A DNA stretch of 64,000 nucleotides from Octopus sinensis. Lineage: Eukaryota. A model generated the notes under the pieces. It worked only from the letters and a program-made list of their open reading frames with translations. It was not told the DNA's origin and did no database searches. Every line of letters starts with the position of its first letter. Within the stretch, counting starts at the first letter, position 1. The position numbers and the translations under genes are program-made. Shown in pieces: positions 39,501-51,940 of this stretch. The stretch covers positions 67,642,001-67,706,000 of the forward strand of contig NC_043002.1 of NCBI RefSeq assembly GCF_006345805.1, given 5' to 3'.

Positions 39501-40102
39501 TTGAGAGTTTATGGCATGAGAAGTAGGTGGGGCAGAACAGGTTCTTGATGTTGAGGAACTATGTGGCTACTCACATTCAGAGGAGAAAGTGAGATTGAAT
39601 CACTGGAAACTGTAGAGAGATAAATAGCGGTGACAGGGTGACCAGGTGTCCCCCTCAAGGTATGAGGTGAGTAGAAGTGATTAGGGATAGAGAAACTAGG
39701 AGTGTGAGTGGGGAGCTTGCATGAGCGTATGAGGTGGGGGAGGGGAGACACAAGAGATAGGTGAAATGGGAAAGGGAAGGGAGTGATGGATAGAAGGGTT
39801 GGTTGGAAGGTGTTAATTCAGATAACTTAAACCCATTAGCATTCAAATTATTCTGTCAAATGTCAAGCCTATTTATTCACATTGCTTTGAATTAATTGTG
39901 AATTATCTCATAGTTTTGAAATTTCAACAATGTGATTGTTTATTTTTAGAATGACAATGTAGGGTAGATGTAACAGGCTGGACCTGGCCAGTTTGAACAA
40001 AAAAGCAGAGAAGATATTTGAGCTGGATATGACTGGTTTGAATGCTAAAGGATTAAAACAGGAAGTTTGTATCACAGAATCAGGGTTGGGCTTAGGTGAG
40101 TT

Positions 40103-40110
<8 letters not shown>
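36483..40110 (+). repeat. About 1.8-kb tandem duplication (36483-38301 and 38304-40110)
   Basis: Colinear near-identity over the whole unit, with scattered substitutions and small indels. Confidence 0.95.
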
Positions 40111-40144
<34 letters not shown>

Positions 40145-40154
40145 CATCATCATG

Positions 40155-40187
<33 letters not shown>

Positions 40188-41081
40188 AACTCACCTAAGC
40201 CCAACATCATCATCATTTAATGCCCGTTTTCCATGCTAGCATGGGTTGGACGGTTCGACCGGGGTCTGGTAAGCCAGGATGCAGCACCAGGCTCCAGTCT
40301 GATCTGGCAGTGCTTCTACAGCTGGATGCCCTTCCTAACGCCAACCACTCCGTGAGTGTAGTGGGTGATTTTTACATGCCACCGACACAGGTGCCAGGGG
40401 AGGCTGGCATCGGCCACAATTGGTTGGTGCTTTTTACGTGTCACCAGGCACAGGTATCACAACTACAATTTCCATTTGATTTTTATTTGATGTTGATGTA
40501 CTTGACTCAATATGTCTCGAGCGCAGCAGGTCGTCCTATGATCCAAGATAAGCACAGGGCGACCTGCTGTGCTTGAGGAGACTTATTAAGTAGTTTCAAA
40601 TCTTGGCACAAGACCAACAGTTTTGAGGGAGGGGGCTAAGTAGATTACATCAATCCCAGTGCCCAACTGGTACTTACTTTATCACCCTTGAAAGGATGAA
40701 AGGCAAAGTCGATCCCAACAGAACTTGAACTCAGAAAGGACTGATGGATGAAATGTCACTAAGAATTTTTCACAGCGTGCAAACAACTCTGACAGCTCGC
40801 TGCGCTTTTAGGACAGTTAATATCAATAGAATTAAACACATACAGACACTAATCCTGATCTTAATTATCTCTCCCAAACACAGCCGGAACATTACTCACC
40901 AGCCATACAAATCCTGCTTCATTTATCTTTCTCATTTCTTATCAGAGATCAGAATGTAAGACTTCATCAAATGCCTTCCATAGATTCAATGGAGTTGTCT
41001 TTTAAGTTTCTTTGTCAATCTTTGTTGAGCTGTCTCATCAAGAGTGAAACATTTGTGATTCCTTGCCATAATACAAGCTTA

Positions 41082-41261
41082 CCATATTTGATGGCCAGTA
41101 GAACAAAAATTTTTTACAAAAAAAAAGTCTCAAAAAAAAAAAAACCACTCTGGTTCATATATGCTAAGTTGGGCCTATACATGTTTCAATGTGCTAAAAA
41201 TGCCTTTTCCTGAATATGTACTGCTCAAATTGGGGTTTATCTATTATGCCATCAAATATGG
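41082..41261. mobile_element. Tc1/pogo(Tigger)-type MITE
   Basis: TA|CCATATTTGATGGC...GCCATCAAATATGG|TA, perfect 14-bp TIR. Confidence 0.8.
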
Positions 41262-41638
41262 TAATCTGCATACTAGACCACCCAACATTATTATTATATT
41301 TCTATAACTTTTATAAAGTGATCTATTAACTACAAATTCTTATGACTTAAGGTACTCTAGATATCTCATAGCATTGCCTTATTTGCTTAGGCTGTTTTAT
41401 ATCCAACCATTTTTGACATAAATACAATTATCACCACTACCACCATCACTGCCACAGTCATAATGACCACCACCACTACAACCATTCTCACCATTATCAG
41501 TCATCACCAGCAGCAGCAGCAAACACCACCACCATTGGCATTAATACTAACTACCACAGACCCCAACCACAGCTACAACTACTGTCACCACCATCACTAC
41601 TACTATCACCATCACTACTGCTACCACTGTCATCATTA

Positions 41639-41645
41639 TCACCTT
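41639..41645 (-). CDS. ZC3H14: Probable ZC3H14 terminal coding exon (E-R-stop)
   Basis: (ct)n-ctgtag|A AGG TGA after an 84-nt intron; a more distant acceptor or read-through is also possible. Confidence 0.55.
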
Positions 41646-41729
41646 CTACAGAGAGAGAGAGAGAGAGACATTAAATTACAGGTACGCTTTGGTCATTCTT
41701 TGATTAGAAAAGTAAAACTGCAAACATAC

Positions 41730-41839
41730 TCAGCTCTGGATTTCTCTGCTTTCCATCGTAGTTGATTTTTGTTTGGTAATGGTGGATGGTAAAAGGTGCA
41801 AAATGTTTTATTTGTACAACTAATACCATACCGACAAGG
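41730..41839 (-). CDS. ZC3H14: ZC3H14 exon, CCCH finger 5
   Basis: ttcttttccag|CCT TGT CGG...GCT GA|gtatgt; 110 nt, phase 0->2; PCRYGISCTNKTFCTFYHPPLPNKNQLRWKAEKSRA. Confidence 0.94.
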
Positions 41840-43539
41840 CTGGAAAAGAAAAAGAGAAAAATAGATTCCTTGATTATATATATATATAGATTCAGATGAA
41901 TATGGTACTTAAGTTGAGGCACCAGAATTTAGTATGGTATTATCCATACAATTTCAAAGTAAGGTGATTAAAATCAAAATAAGCAACAAGGATATCCAGA
42001 GGTAATGCAGTACGATCGTTTCATGCAACTCCATTTAATTGAACAATGCAATCATTACATCAATTTAAAATGCAGAGCAATCTTCAGGCTGAGAGAACAG
42101 AGGGCAGTATCTGTTAGGGGTAAGGCTGAGGATCCAGACAAACACCATAGTAGGTATAATCATAAAAATCAAGATTTATTAGAAGCAATATCATGAGGTT
42201 TGGTAAAGGAAAACTTAAAACAAGATGTTAGCTGATAATTAAGGGTGTCGCCCACTAGCACACCGTTGATAATGAAACAAGGGAAGTTTTATCATGCATT
42301 ACTATAGTTAAATGTTTTAAACAATGTTGCTATATTGTATACAGTTAATGTTTAGGGCTATTCAAAGGATTATTAAGAAGGATATTATAACAAAAGGATA
42401 AAAATTTATGAATACTTTTGAGTATTTACCAAACTTTTACCACAATAGAAGGAGGAAAAGAAATTATCCAGAAATAGTTTAATATTTATATATATTGTAC
42501 ACTTAAATATTAACTCATCAGATGGTATCTGTGAATATTGATTAATTGGTATATACTGGTATTAATGAAGGAGTATTGGGGTAAAGGAACATTGTAATTA
42601 TATATTAAAAAAATTATAATCTAGGCAGTATTTTTTTTTATAAGTAGTGAATATACCAGTATAGTTTTATATAAGCTAAGTATGAATTTATAGAGATACA
42701 AAAATTGGATTAATTTTATAAATAAAGGCTAATTATAAAATAATAAAGAAATAAAATAAAATAATTAAGTAGGGCAGAACACCAGAGAAAAGGAATAAAA
42801 TAGCTTAATTACTAATACTATGGTAAATTATATGTAGCTTATTAACATCAATAGAGAAGATTTATAGAAAAAGTATAATAATTCAAAATATATTAGACTA
42901 AAAATTATATATTTACTTATTTAGCTAATATCAATAAGTAATGTCCTGATGTCTGGTATCGGCTAAAGGAATATTTAAGTTATAGAACAATCATATTTTA
43001 CACTAATCTTTTTTTAAACACTAAGGTTTAAGAAGTTATTTTTGTTACTCCCTACTTGATATTTATAGTTTCTTAGTGGTACTTGTTTAGAAGGGTTATT
43101 TATATAAAGGCCCTTATAAATACTAAGATCAGGAGGGTAGAGCCATTTAAGAAAGAGATAAATCAAGTAATTTCTAAAGATCATTTCAAACAATATTGTC
43201 TTATTGTATAAAGTTAAAATTTAGGGTAACCACTAATCAACTCATGCCAGCATGGAAGACGGGTGTTAAATGATGATGATGACGACGAAAATGATAGCTA
43301 GTTGATACACTTTTGAAAGGAAATCTGAATGCTCCTATTTTAGCAGCTAGATATCCCAGCTGAATGATCCCATTTCTACCCCCATTTCAAAACTGGGTGA
43401 CTAGCAGTAGAAAGAGCAGCTAATTATAAAAATGATTTAACAATATTAAAGTGTACAAATGTATTAAGATCATACATGCACTGAAAAAACAGGTGCTAAA
43501 TACATGAGAAAATGAAGAGATGTAACATCCAGAGCTTAC

Positions 43540-43652
43540 CTTTGGATGGGTAAATGGACAATTCATATTTTTACAAGTAGGGAAAAATTTACATTGAAGT
43601 GTTTGAGTGGCAGGTTGTCGTGTAGCAGGAGGTGCAACTGGTACAGCTGGAA
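43540..43652 (-). CDS. ZC3H14: ZC3H14 exon, CCCH finger 4
   Basis: ttttcaatag|TT CCA...CCA AAG|gtaagc; 113 nt, phase 1->0; CKFFPTCKNMNCPFTHPK. Confidence 0.96.
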
Positions 43653-44658
43653 CTATTGAAAAAAAAAACCCAAAAAATGTTCATTAGTGAGACAAAATTA
43701 CACAATAGACATTTGACTCTATTATTTTAGCAACATAAAACAATACCGCTTTGTTGATTTTTTCTGTCTGTCATTGCCAGCAACAACAGCAGTTCCCCAC
43801 TCATTTTCAAGTATTTCTTTCTTTGGTGAAGAAATGCTGGTAACATGGTTTTGATTAAGAACAGGCAATGAAACTGCAACAGATGCCATCAGCCGAGATA
43901 TTGCTCTACCCGTGCCTTCATAGCCGGTCTGCCTGGCACTGCCATCTTCTGCCAGTCCAGTTGTAGTGATCATAGGTCTTCATCCAATTGTTCTGCAGTT
44001 GAGGACTTTGGTTACTTTTTCCAAGGTATGTCCCTCTAGATCCATTCGGATTACTAGGAACAGGCTTTCCTCAATGAAATTTTAAGTAGGACAATCATGC
44101 TGCTAAATAAGAGGTTAAGGTTTTCCTCTGAACATAACAGATCACCTACAAGTGTAAGGACAAGTATCTGAAGAGAGACGTCTATGTATATAGTACATCA
44201 CTCAGTGAAGGATACTATCAAATTTTACTTCTAAGATGATGTTTGCAAACCTACATTATAAGTATTCATAAGGTGGCAACCTGGCAGAATTGTTGGCATG
44301 CCAGGCAAAATGCATAGTGGCATTTCATCAATCTTTGCATTCTGAGTTCAAATCTCACCAAAGTCAGATTTCATCCTTTTATCCTTTAAGGGTTGATGAA
44401 ATACATACCAGTTGAATACTGAGGTTGATGTAATTGACTAGCCCCCTTTCCCTAAAATTTCAAGCCTTGTGCCTATAATAGAAAGGTTTATAAGTATTCA
44501 TAAGGATAATTTCAATGATTGTAACTGTAGATATTTTAAAAGACATCAGTCAGAATTTTTATCATCTTATATTTATCATTTCCTTTCATGTAGATGTAAA
44601 ATCTTAGTGGTTACTTACTATTTTGATATTCATTAAAGTAAAAAGACAACAAACTTAC

Positions 44659-44801
44659 GAGACTGCACTGCTACTGGAGGTGCTGCTGGTTTTGCATAAC
44701 TGTGACTGAATGGGCAATCTGTTCTCGAACATTTGGTGTCAAATTTACATTTTGGGTGGATATAAAGACAATCCTGCCCAAATTTGCATTTAGGAAATTT
44801 A
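44659..44801 (-). CDS. ZC3H14: ZC3H14 exon, CCCH fingers 2-3
   Basis: ctctttcag|T AAA TTT...TCT C|gtaagt; 143 nt, phase 2->1; KFPKCKFGQDCLYIHPKCKFDTKCSRTDCPFSH. Confidence 0.96.
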
Positions 44802-45912
44802 CTGAAAGAGAACAGATTTTGATCAGAAGTTTAAATATTTTCGATAAACAGTTAAATATTTAATCTGTCTGCTTCATTTAATCTAGCTTTATAAAATAAG
44901 TATTAATCATCATTTTATATTTCTTTTCCATGCTCAAGTGGAAAGGCAGCCAAGGCAGATTTTCTACAGCTGGATGGCCTTTCTGTTGCCAACCCTTACC
45001 TGTATACAAGTATGGTTATATTTTCCCAAAGCCCTACATGTTTTCAAGGTAAAACTGGAAATGATGGACACCACTTGTATGATGGTGACACTCATTTACA
45101 ACTATAATATAATGTCAAGACAAAGAGACACTAACACATTTACATGCATATACATACATGTGAACATGCATGTACACACACACACACATCATTTCCCATC
45201 TACCAAATACTCACTAGGCTTTGATTAGCCTAGGGCTTTCCCAAGGTGCTATCTAGTGGGACTGAACCTGAAACCATATGATTAGGAAGAAAACTTTTTA
45301 CCACACAGCCATGCCTGTGTTTTTCATATTTCATGAAGAAAAATAGAAAAAGGCATTAAAGTTATCAGAAAAGCTATTTTGGCATCACCTATTTAGTGTA
45401 AACTAATTCTTTTTTTTTTCTTCGTTGCTGTCACTGCTGCTGTCGTCATCATTACTGCCGTCATCATTGTCATCATCATCATCATTTGACACCCATTTTC
45501 CATTGACATGGGTCGGATGATTTGACAGAAGCTGGCCAGCTGGGGAGCTGTCCAAAATCCAATTGTCTGTTGTGGCATGGTTTCTATGGTTGGATGCCCT
45601 TTCTAATGTCAACCACTTTACATAGTGTGCTGGGTGCTTTTTATGTGCCACCAGCACAAGTATGCTTACACAGCACTGGCACCTATAAAGGAAATGCCTG
45701 TATGTGTGAATGACAGCAATTTTACTTGGCTTGGCGCATCTTTTCAAGTACAGCAAATTGCCACAACTTCTGGTCCTGTATCATTTCCTCAGTGAGGCCC
45801 AGCATCTGAAGATCCATTCTCACCACTTTATCTCATGTCTTCCTGGATCAACCCCTTCCACAGATTCCCTCTACAATTAGAGCTCTGACTTATTTGACAT
45901 TAGATGTTTTAA

Positions 45913-46082
45913 CCCTTTCGTTACTAACCCAGCTGAAACCGGCTCTTGCTCTGTGTTACAAATGTCTTGTTTTCATAAGTTTTGAATTAAATAACTAAGT
46001 TATTTTACTAAATTCTTTGTTATATTTAAAATTAATTGAAAGAAACACAGAGCATCTCAAAATAAATACAATAACAAAAGGG
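45913..46082. mobile_element. piggyBac-type MITE
   Basis: TTAA|CCCTTTCGTTA...TAACAAAAGGG|TTAA; partial relatives at about 3789-3885 and 50755-50860. Confidence 0.85.
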
Positions 46083-46557
46083 TTAATGTTCCTCTTGTTT
46101 TCTCTCTCTCTCTCTTTCCCTTTCTGTGTATGTTTATATTTCTGCACATGCATGTGTGTGTTTGCAGCCAGAGCCAAAATATACTGTTACCAAAACAGTG
46201 AGCAGTGCCAAATACTCAGCAACTACACCCAATTGTCTTATTCTGGAGACTGATAATAAAGCTTGTGGAATAGGAAAGGAAAGTTTTGATACCAGTTCTC
46301 AGGTGAGTTGGCAGCAACAGAATTAACCTGTTTTTATGTTCACTCTATGTTTACTCACACTTATTTGCGACTGAGATGGTGTAACATAAGGTAACCAAGT
46401 ACAAAAAAACAAGCTAGAAGTCATTTTTGTGAAATATGCACAATGGAAGATAAACCAACTTTTACAAGATCCTAACTCATACAAAGCATCGGAGGTTAAA
46501 TAATGATTTATTAACAGAGAAAAATGTGTATATTTCTTCTTTGATAATCTAACTTAC

Positions 46558-46678
46558 CTGCAAGGAGATGACGGGTGATAGTATTTACAGTGTGTGCCAT
46601 TCTGACAGGAAGGCCAGAACTTACATTTCTCTGTCGTCGTTTTCAAGGCTGAACTTTTACTCTCATCCATTTCTTCAT
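46558..46678 (-). CDS. ZC3H14: ZC3H14 exon, CCCH finger 1
   Basis: cattttgtag|AT GAA...TGC AG|gtaagt; 121 nt, phase 1->2; CKFWPSCQNGTHCKYYH. Confidence 0.96.
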
Positions 46679-47353
46679 CTACAAAATGAAACAGACAAAT
46701 TGATGAGCAAAGGTTTCCATCATCATCTTCATCATCATCATACAATGTGGGGGATGAATTTAAGTGAAGAGTAGATTGGTTAAAAAGACATTCTAAAAGG
46801 AAACAAGCTCAGCGCTCTAAAGGCATCAAAACAAAAATTTCTATGACTTCCTTGATCTCAATTTCTTTCAACACTTCATCGTTTTATGTCTACTTTCCGA
46901 TGCACTATAACTCATCGTAAAAGAATGAAAGTGGGGACAGAAAGCAGCATGCAGGATAAGAAAGGAAAATGAACAGCAAAGGAGCCGTAATGAAGAAAGA
47001 GTGCAATATGTGAATTTCAGGAAGCATGGAATTTTTTAAGGATACATTATCTAAATCTCGCTCATAAGTAGAATCTGCCACCTCAAATATCCATCTAACT
47101 ATTAAATGAAAATTGAAAGAAACAATGAAGGGGTTTAAAAGAAATATTTGCATGAAGAAACAGCAACTGTAAAATACATATACACACACACATATAAAAC
47201 AATAATTTGTGCAGTTACACTTACTCCAGTTTTACTTCATTTAGTGACGCTAACTTGTTAGTAACAAATATCTCAACCATGTGTGTAATTTTCTCTCAAC
47301 TCTATTGGAATATAAGAGATTAAGTTGTCCTGAGAGGAAAAAATTCTCCTTAC

Positions 47354-47538
47354 CTTCATCGGTTGTGTCACTGATGTTGAAAGCTAAAGGTTTTATCTGC
47401 GTCATTTGATACTGCATAGATGAATTTGTTGTTTCATTCTGGTCTGTTGGTGACTGAAATGATGAGGTGCTGTTCATTTTGGATGCATCATAGCCATCTA
47501 ATGTTACAATAAATTGTGTTTTATCTTCTGTTTCTTTC
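47354..47538 (-). CDS. ZC3H14: ZC3H14 exon with FIVTLDG motif
   Basis: gttattag|G AAA GAA...GAA G|gtaagg; 185 nt, phase 2->1; KETEDKTQFIVTLDGYDASKMNST... Confidence 0.93.
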
Positions 47539-48659
47539 CTAATAACACCAAAAGAGAGATATAAATGAAATTATAAAACTGCATCTGTATACACAACAGA
47601 CAGAATTTAATTGAATTTTTCACATTGTACAGTTAATAATAATAATAATAATAGTCGCCGCCATCGTCGTTTAACATCCGCTTTCCATGCTAGCATTTGA
47701 CTGAGGTCTGGCAAACCAGATGGCTGCACCAGACTCCAATCTGATCTGACAGAGTTTCTACAGCTGGATGCCCTTCCTAACGCCAACCACTCTGAGAGTG
47801 TAGTGGGTGCTTTTACGTGCCACCGGCACGAGGGCCAGTTAGGTGGTACCGGCAACAGCCACGCTCAAATGGTGCTTTTTATGTGCCACCTGCACAGGAG
47901 CCAGTCCAGCGGCACTGGCAATGACCTCAATAGAAACCTCCAATCCTTTAGCTATTGTTGTTTAACTCCCAAGTTAGCCTTTAATAGGGCAGTCATTTGA
48001 TCAAATACACACCAGTTGTAATCACTCCATCTTGATGCAAATATGTATCTAATATATCCTTCTTAAGATATGCTTGCATGGGTCTGACAGAAATTTATTG
48101 AGACAGATTTTGTACATCCAGATGCCCTTGCTGCTGCAAATCCACACCTGTTCCAAGCCAGGGGATATTTCCCCCTGACCAGACAAGCTTCTCGTGAAAG
48201 ACTGGAAATGAACAACATTGCTTGCATGATGGTGATGCTTGTTTACAATCATCACATGACGTCAAGACAAGGGAACACACAAACGCACACATGAGCAGTG
48301 GGACATAATAATCACGCACACAAGCATTCAAATATTTTCCTTGTACAGGCACACACATAAACTCATACAGTTGAAACCCTGTTTGGTTTTTCTTTTCAGC
48401 GTTGAATGTTCACCATCCCACTTCCATTGCACATCCACATATACACACACACACACACACACACAAACATTCACATACCTCCCCCTTTTACATACACACA
48501 CATATACTCACACAGAGTTGAAATGCTCCCACTACGAGTTTGCCATCGCCCCTTCCTTCCTTATTCATCTATTACCCCCCTTCTTTTCTCGTTCATATGT
48601 TGTGACAGAGAAAATACAAGAGTATTTTTATAGTAGATGAAAGGAAATACAATTTTTAC

Positions 48660-48891
48660 TTGTTTTTCTTCACAATTCGTGCTGGCGGTGGTGTCTCGAC
48701 CAAATCCTCTTCAGGAAGATTTAACAGATCACTACACAACTGGATGTCTTCATCAAGCTCAATTTCTGCAATGGATTCATTATTTAGTTCTTCATTCAAT
48801 TTCGCTGATTCTAAATGCTTGATCACAGCAATCCTTTGTCCAGGCTTGTTACATTCCACTTGTCTCAGTTTGTTTTGACGAGCCTCCAATT
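48660..48891 (-). CDS. ZC3H14: ZC3H14 exon
   Basis: ttaacttacag|AA TTG GAG...AAC AA|gtaaaa; 232 nt, phase 1->2; matches listed ORF 48656..48889. Confidence 0.88.
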
Positions 48892-49772
48892 CTGTAAGTT
48901 AAAAATGAACAGAAGTTATCATATTAAGAAAAATTCCAGAAAAACAATTACGAACATACATATGCCATCATAATAATAATAATAATAATAATAATTGTGT
49001 ACAGTGCTCAGGTGCACTACAACTCATCATCACCACCATCATTTAACGTATGTTTTCCATGCTGGCATGGGTTGGACAGTTTGACAAGAACTAGCAGGGC
49101 CAGGACCTACAACAGGTTCCATTGTCTGTTTAGACATGGTTTCTGCAGCTGGATGCCCTTCGTAATGCCCTTCCTAATACCAACCACTTTACAGTGTGTA
49201 CTGGATGCTTTATATATATATATATATATATACACGTAAAAAAGCACCCACTACACTCACGGAGTGGTTGGCGTTAGGAAGGGCATCCAGCCGTAGAAAC
49301 ACTGCCAGATTTGACTGGGCCTGATGAAGCCTTCTGGCTTCACAGACCCCAGTAGAACCGTCCAACCCATGCTAGCATGGAAAACGGACGCTAAATGATG
49401 ATGATGATGATGATGATGATACACACATATCACCATGATCACCATGACCAACCAGGCTATCAGATGTTGCTGCACATCGCTGGTCACAATGCGCTTCACA
49501 TTGTTTTAGCCATCAAATGAAGCCACCCTGCTGGCTAAGTAAGCAGGCCAACAGAAGAAAGAGTGAGAGAAAGTTGTGGTGGAAGAGTACAGCAGGGATT
49601 GCCACCACCCTTGCCGGAGTTTTATGGAGCTTTAGGTGTTTTCGCTCAATAAACACTCACAACGCCCAGTCTGGGAATTGAAACTGCGATCCTACAACCG
49701 TGAGTCCACTGCCCTAACCACTGGGCCATTGCACCACACACACACACACATACATACATTTGTGTGTGTGTG

Positions 49773-49975
49773 TGAGGGATGCTGAAAAATTTTTGGCTTC
49801 AGGTAAAAGAAAATACAGGAGCATCAGTTAATTATGGTTTTACTCAACATATTTCTCTCTCAGATTCATACACCTATTGCAGAGGCCCTTCAGTTTTACT
49901 AAGCCTTGTAAAAGGGCTCAGAAGCTTGGGTCTCCAACCAGGCCTTTTGTGATACCCTTGAAGTCAGGAACTTTG
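49773..49975. mobile_element. Mariner-type MITE (decayed)
   Basis: GAGGGATGCTGAAAAATTTTTGGCTTCA...TGAAGTCAGGAACTTT imperfect TIR. Confidence 0.5.
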
Positions 49976-51419
49976 TTTGTATGTGTGTGTGTGTGTGTGT
50001 ATATACATATACACATATATACATATGTAAGCGGGCATCATCATCATTTAACGGTCGTTTTCCATGCTGGCATGAGTTGAACAGTTCAACTGGGGTCTGG
50101 GAAGTCAGGAGACTGCACCAGTCCCCAATCTTATCTGGTAGTGTTTCTACAGCTGGATGCCCTTCCTAATGCCAACCACTCTAAGAGTGTAGTGGGTGCT
50201 TTTTACGTGCCACAGGCACAGGGGCCAGAGGAGCTGGCATCGACCACAATCGGATGGTGCTTTTTACATGCTACCGGCATGGGGCTCAAAACTAATATAT
50301 ATAATTATATATGTATATATATATATATGTTTTAGGTCTGCTTTTTCATGCTAAGCATGAATTAGATGAAAACTTATTGTGTGTATATCTTACAGCTGGA
50401 TACTCTTCCTATTCTTCAAGTCAGTGATTACTCATTCCACAGGTCTTGATAACAATCAACAAATACGCTGGACATAGCATAGTTACACAAAGAAGAGGAA
50501 ACAACGAATACATGTGTCTTTTGTTTACAAAGATCATATTGCATTTCAAGTTACAGTAATAAACCCAGATATGGTTTCACTGCAAGATCACCTGTATGAA
50601 ATGCAATCCATTTGTCTATGCAAATAGTGTACACAGGTGAAAGGAAAAAATAATGGGAAATACAAACTCATCTTACAAGGAAAACCCATTAACACATGTG
50701 TATGTATGTATACATAGACACATACACACACAAGATTTTAACTGGGAGCATTTTAACCCTTTTGTTACAATACAATCTTTGTTTCAATTAATTTTGAAAC
50801 TATGAAGAATTTAGTAAAACAACTTTGTCATTAATCTGATGTTTGGAATATAAATGAACAAAAAATTTTGACAGAAGGTTTAAATTTAGATCACTTATAA
50901 ACAACAAATTTGCCTTTTAATACCAGCCCCCTCAAGTGGGCTGGTATTAAAAGGCTGAAAAATAAAGTAAACTCAATAATTACCATCATCATCATCTCCA
51001 AAGTTATACTGGTTGGATTCAGGAAAATCCTGTACAGCCAGTTTGGACCTTGTAAACAGCGGTGGCTGTTTGCTTTTAATTCTCTCAGACATCTTCAACT
51101 TCTTTTCAGGAACTTCATGAAACATAGGTTTTATCATGGCATGTTCTAAATACAAAAGAGACAAGAGGTGAGGAGGGAATGGTTTCTTTGTGATTAAAGA
51201 GAAAAAAATCAAGAGTTTAAATTTTAGATATATTATGAAGATAATGACAATGCTAATGTCAATGATGATGGTAATGATGATAAAGATGCTACAGTCTGAA
51301 TAGTAATGCACTACACAGTTTCACCGTTCTCTGAAATATCTTTTAATATTGTCTAGACAATAATTTAAGAAAACAAAAAGTAAATGCAATTAGTAAACAG
51401 ATCAGGGCAAGTGTTGGGA

Positions 51420-51940
51420 ATGTGTCATTGCCGTGCATTGCTACATTCACCATTTGCTGGTATATTCCTGGGTCCTCCCGAGCAACCTGTTAAGCAGAGT
51501 CCCAGCTAGTCCCCCCTATCTCCACAAGATAGCTCCTCACCTGCCATGACCACGTGGCATGTGATCGACCAACACAAGCCTTCAACCTAGCTGGATCCTT
51601 AGTGAAGAGAACTCAGTAAGCAAGGTCTAGCTTGCAAATTCGAGCAACATGGCCAAATAGTCTGAGCTGGCATTCCCGAATCTTACAAGTAAAAGGACAC
51701 ATCCCAGATTCTGAGTAGAGTCGTTGGTTGGATATGAAATATGAAATCCAAACAATGGTAACTCATAATCACGCAAAGTGTCCTGGTGCCAAAGGAGTTC
51801 AGGCAGCTCCTAAGGGCTGCAGACAATGCCCATGTCTCACAACTATAGAGCAGGATCAAACACCCTTGTCTACAAGTGCACCAGCTTGGTAAAGTCCAGT
51901 GAGATTCATAGCAGCATTAGCTGAGAATCTGAAGTCCTGA
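51420..51940 (-). mobile_element. RTE LINE 3' fragment (decayed)
   Basis: LLYSCETWALSAALRSCLNSFGTRTL...IRECQLRLFGHVAR, with frameshifts. Confidence 0.8.

Noticed and set aside
40890-41100. Minus-strand GTGAGT/GTAAGC donor-like sites downstream of ZC3H14
   Set aside because: Stops occur in all frames; one site is part of a MITE TIR.
42441-42470. GGAGGAAAAGAAA resembling the 28S rRNA 5' region
   Set aside because: Similarity does not extend on either side.
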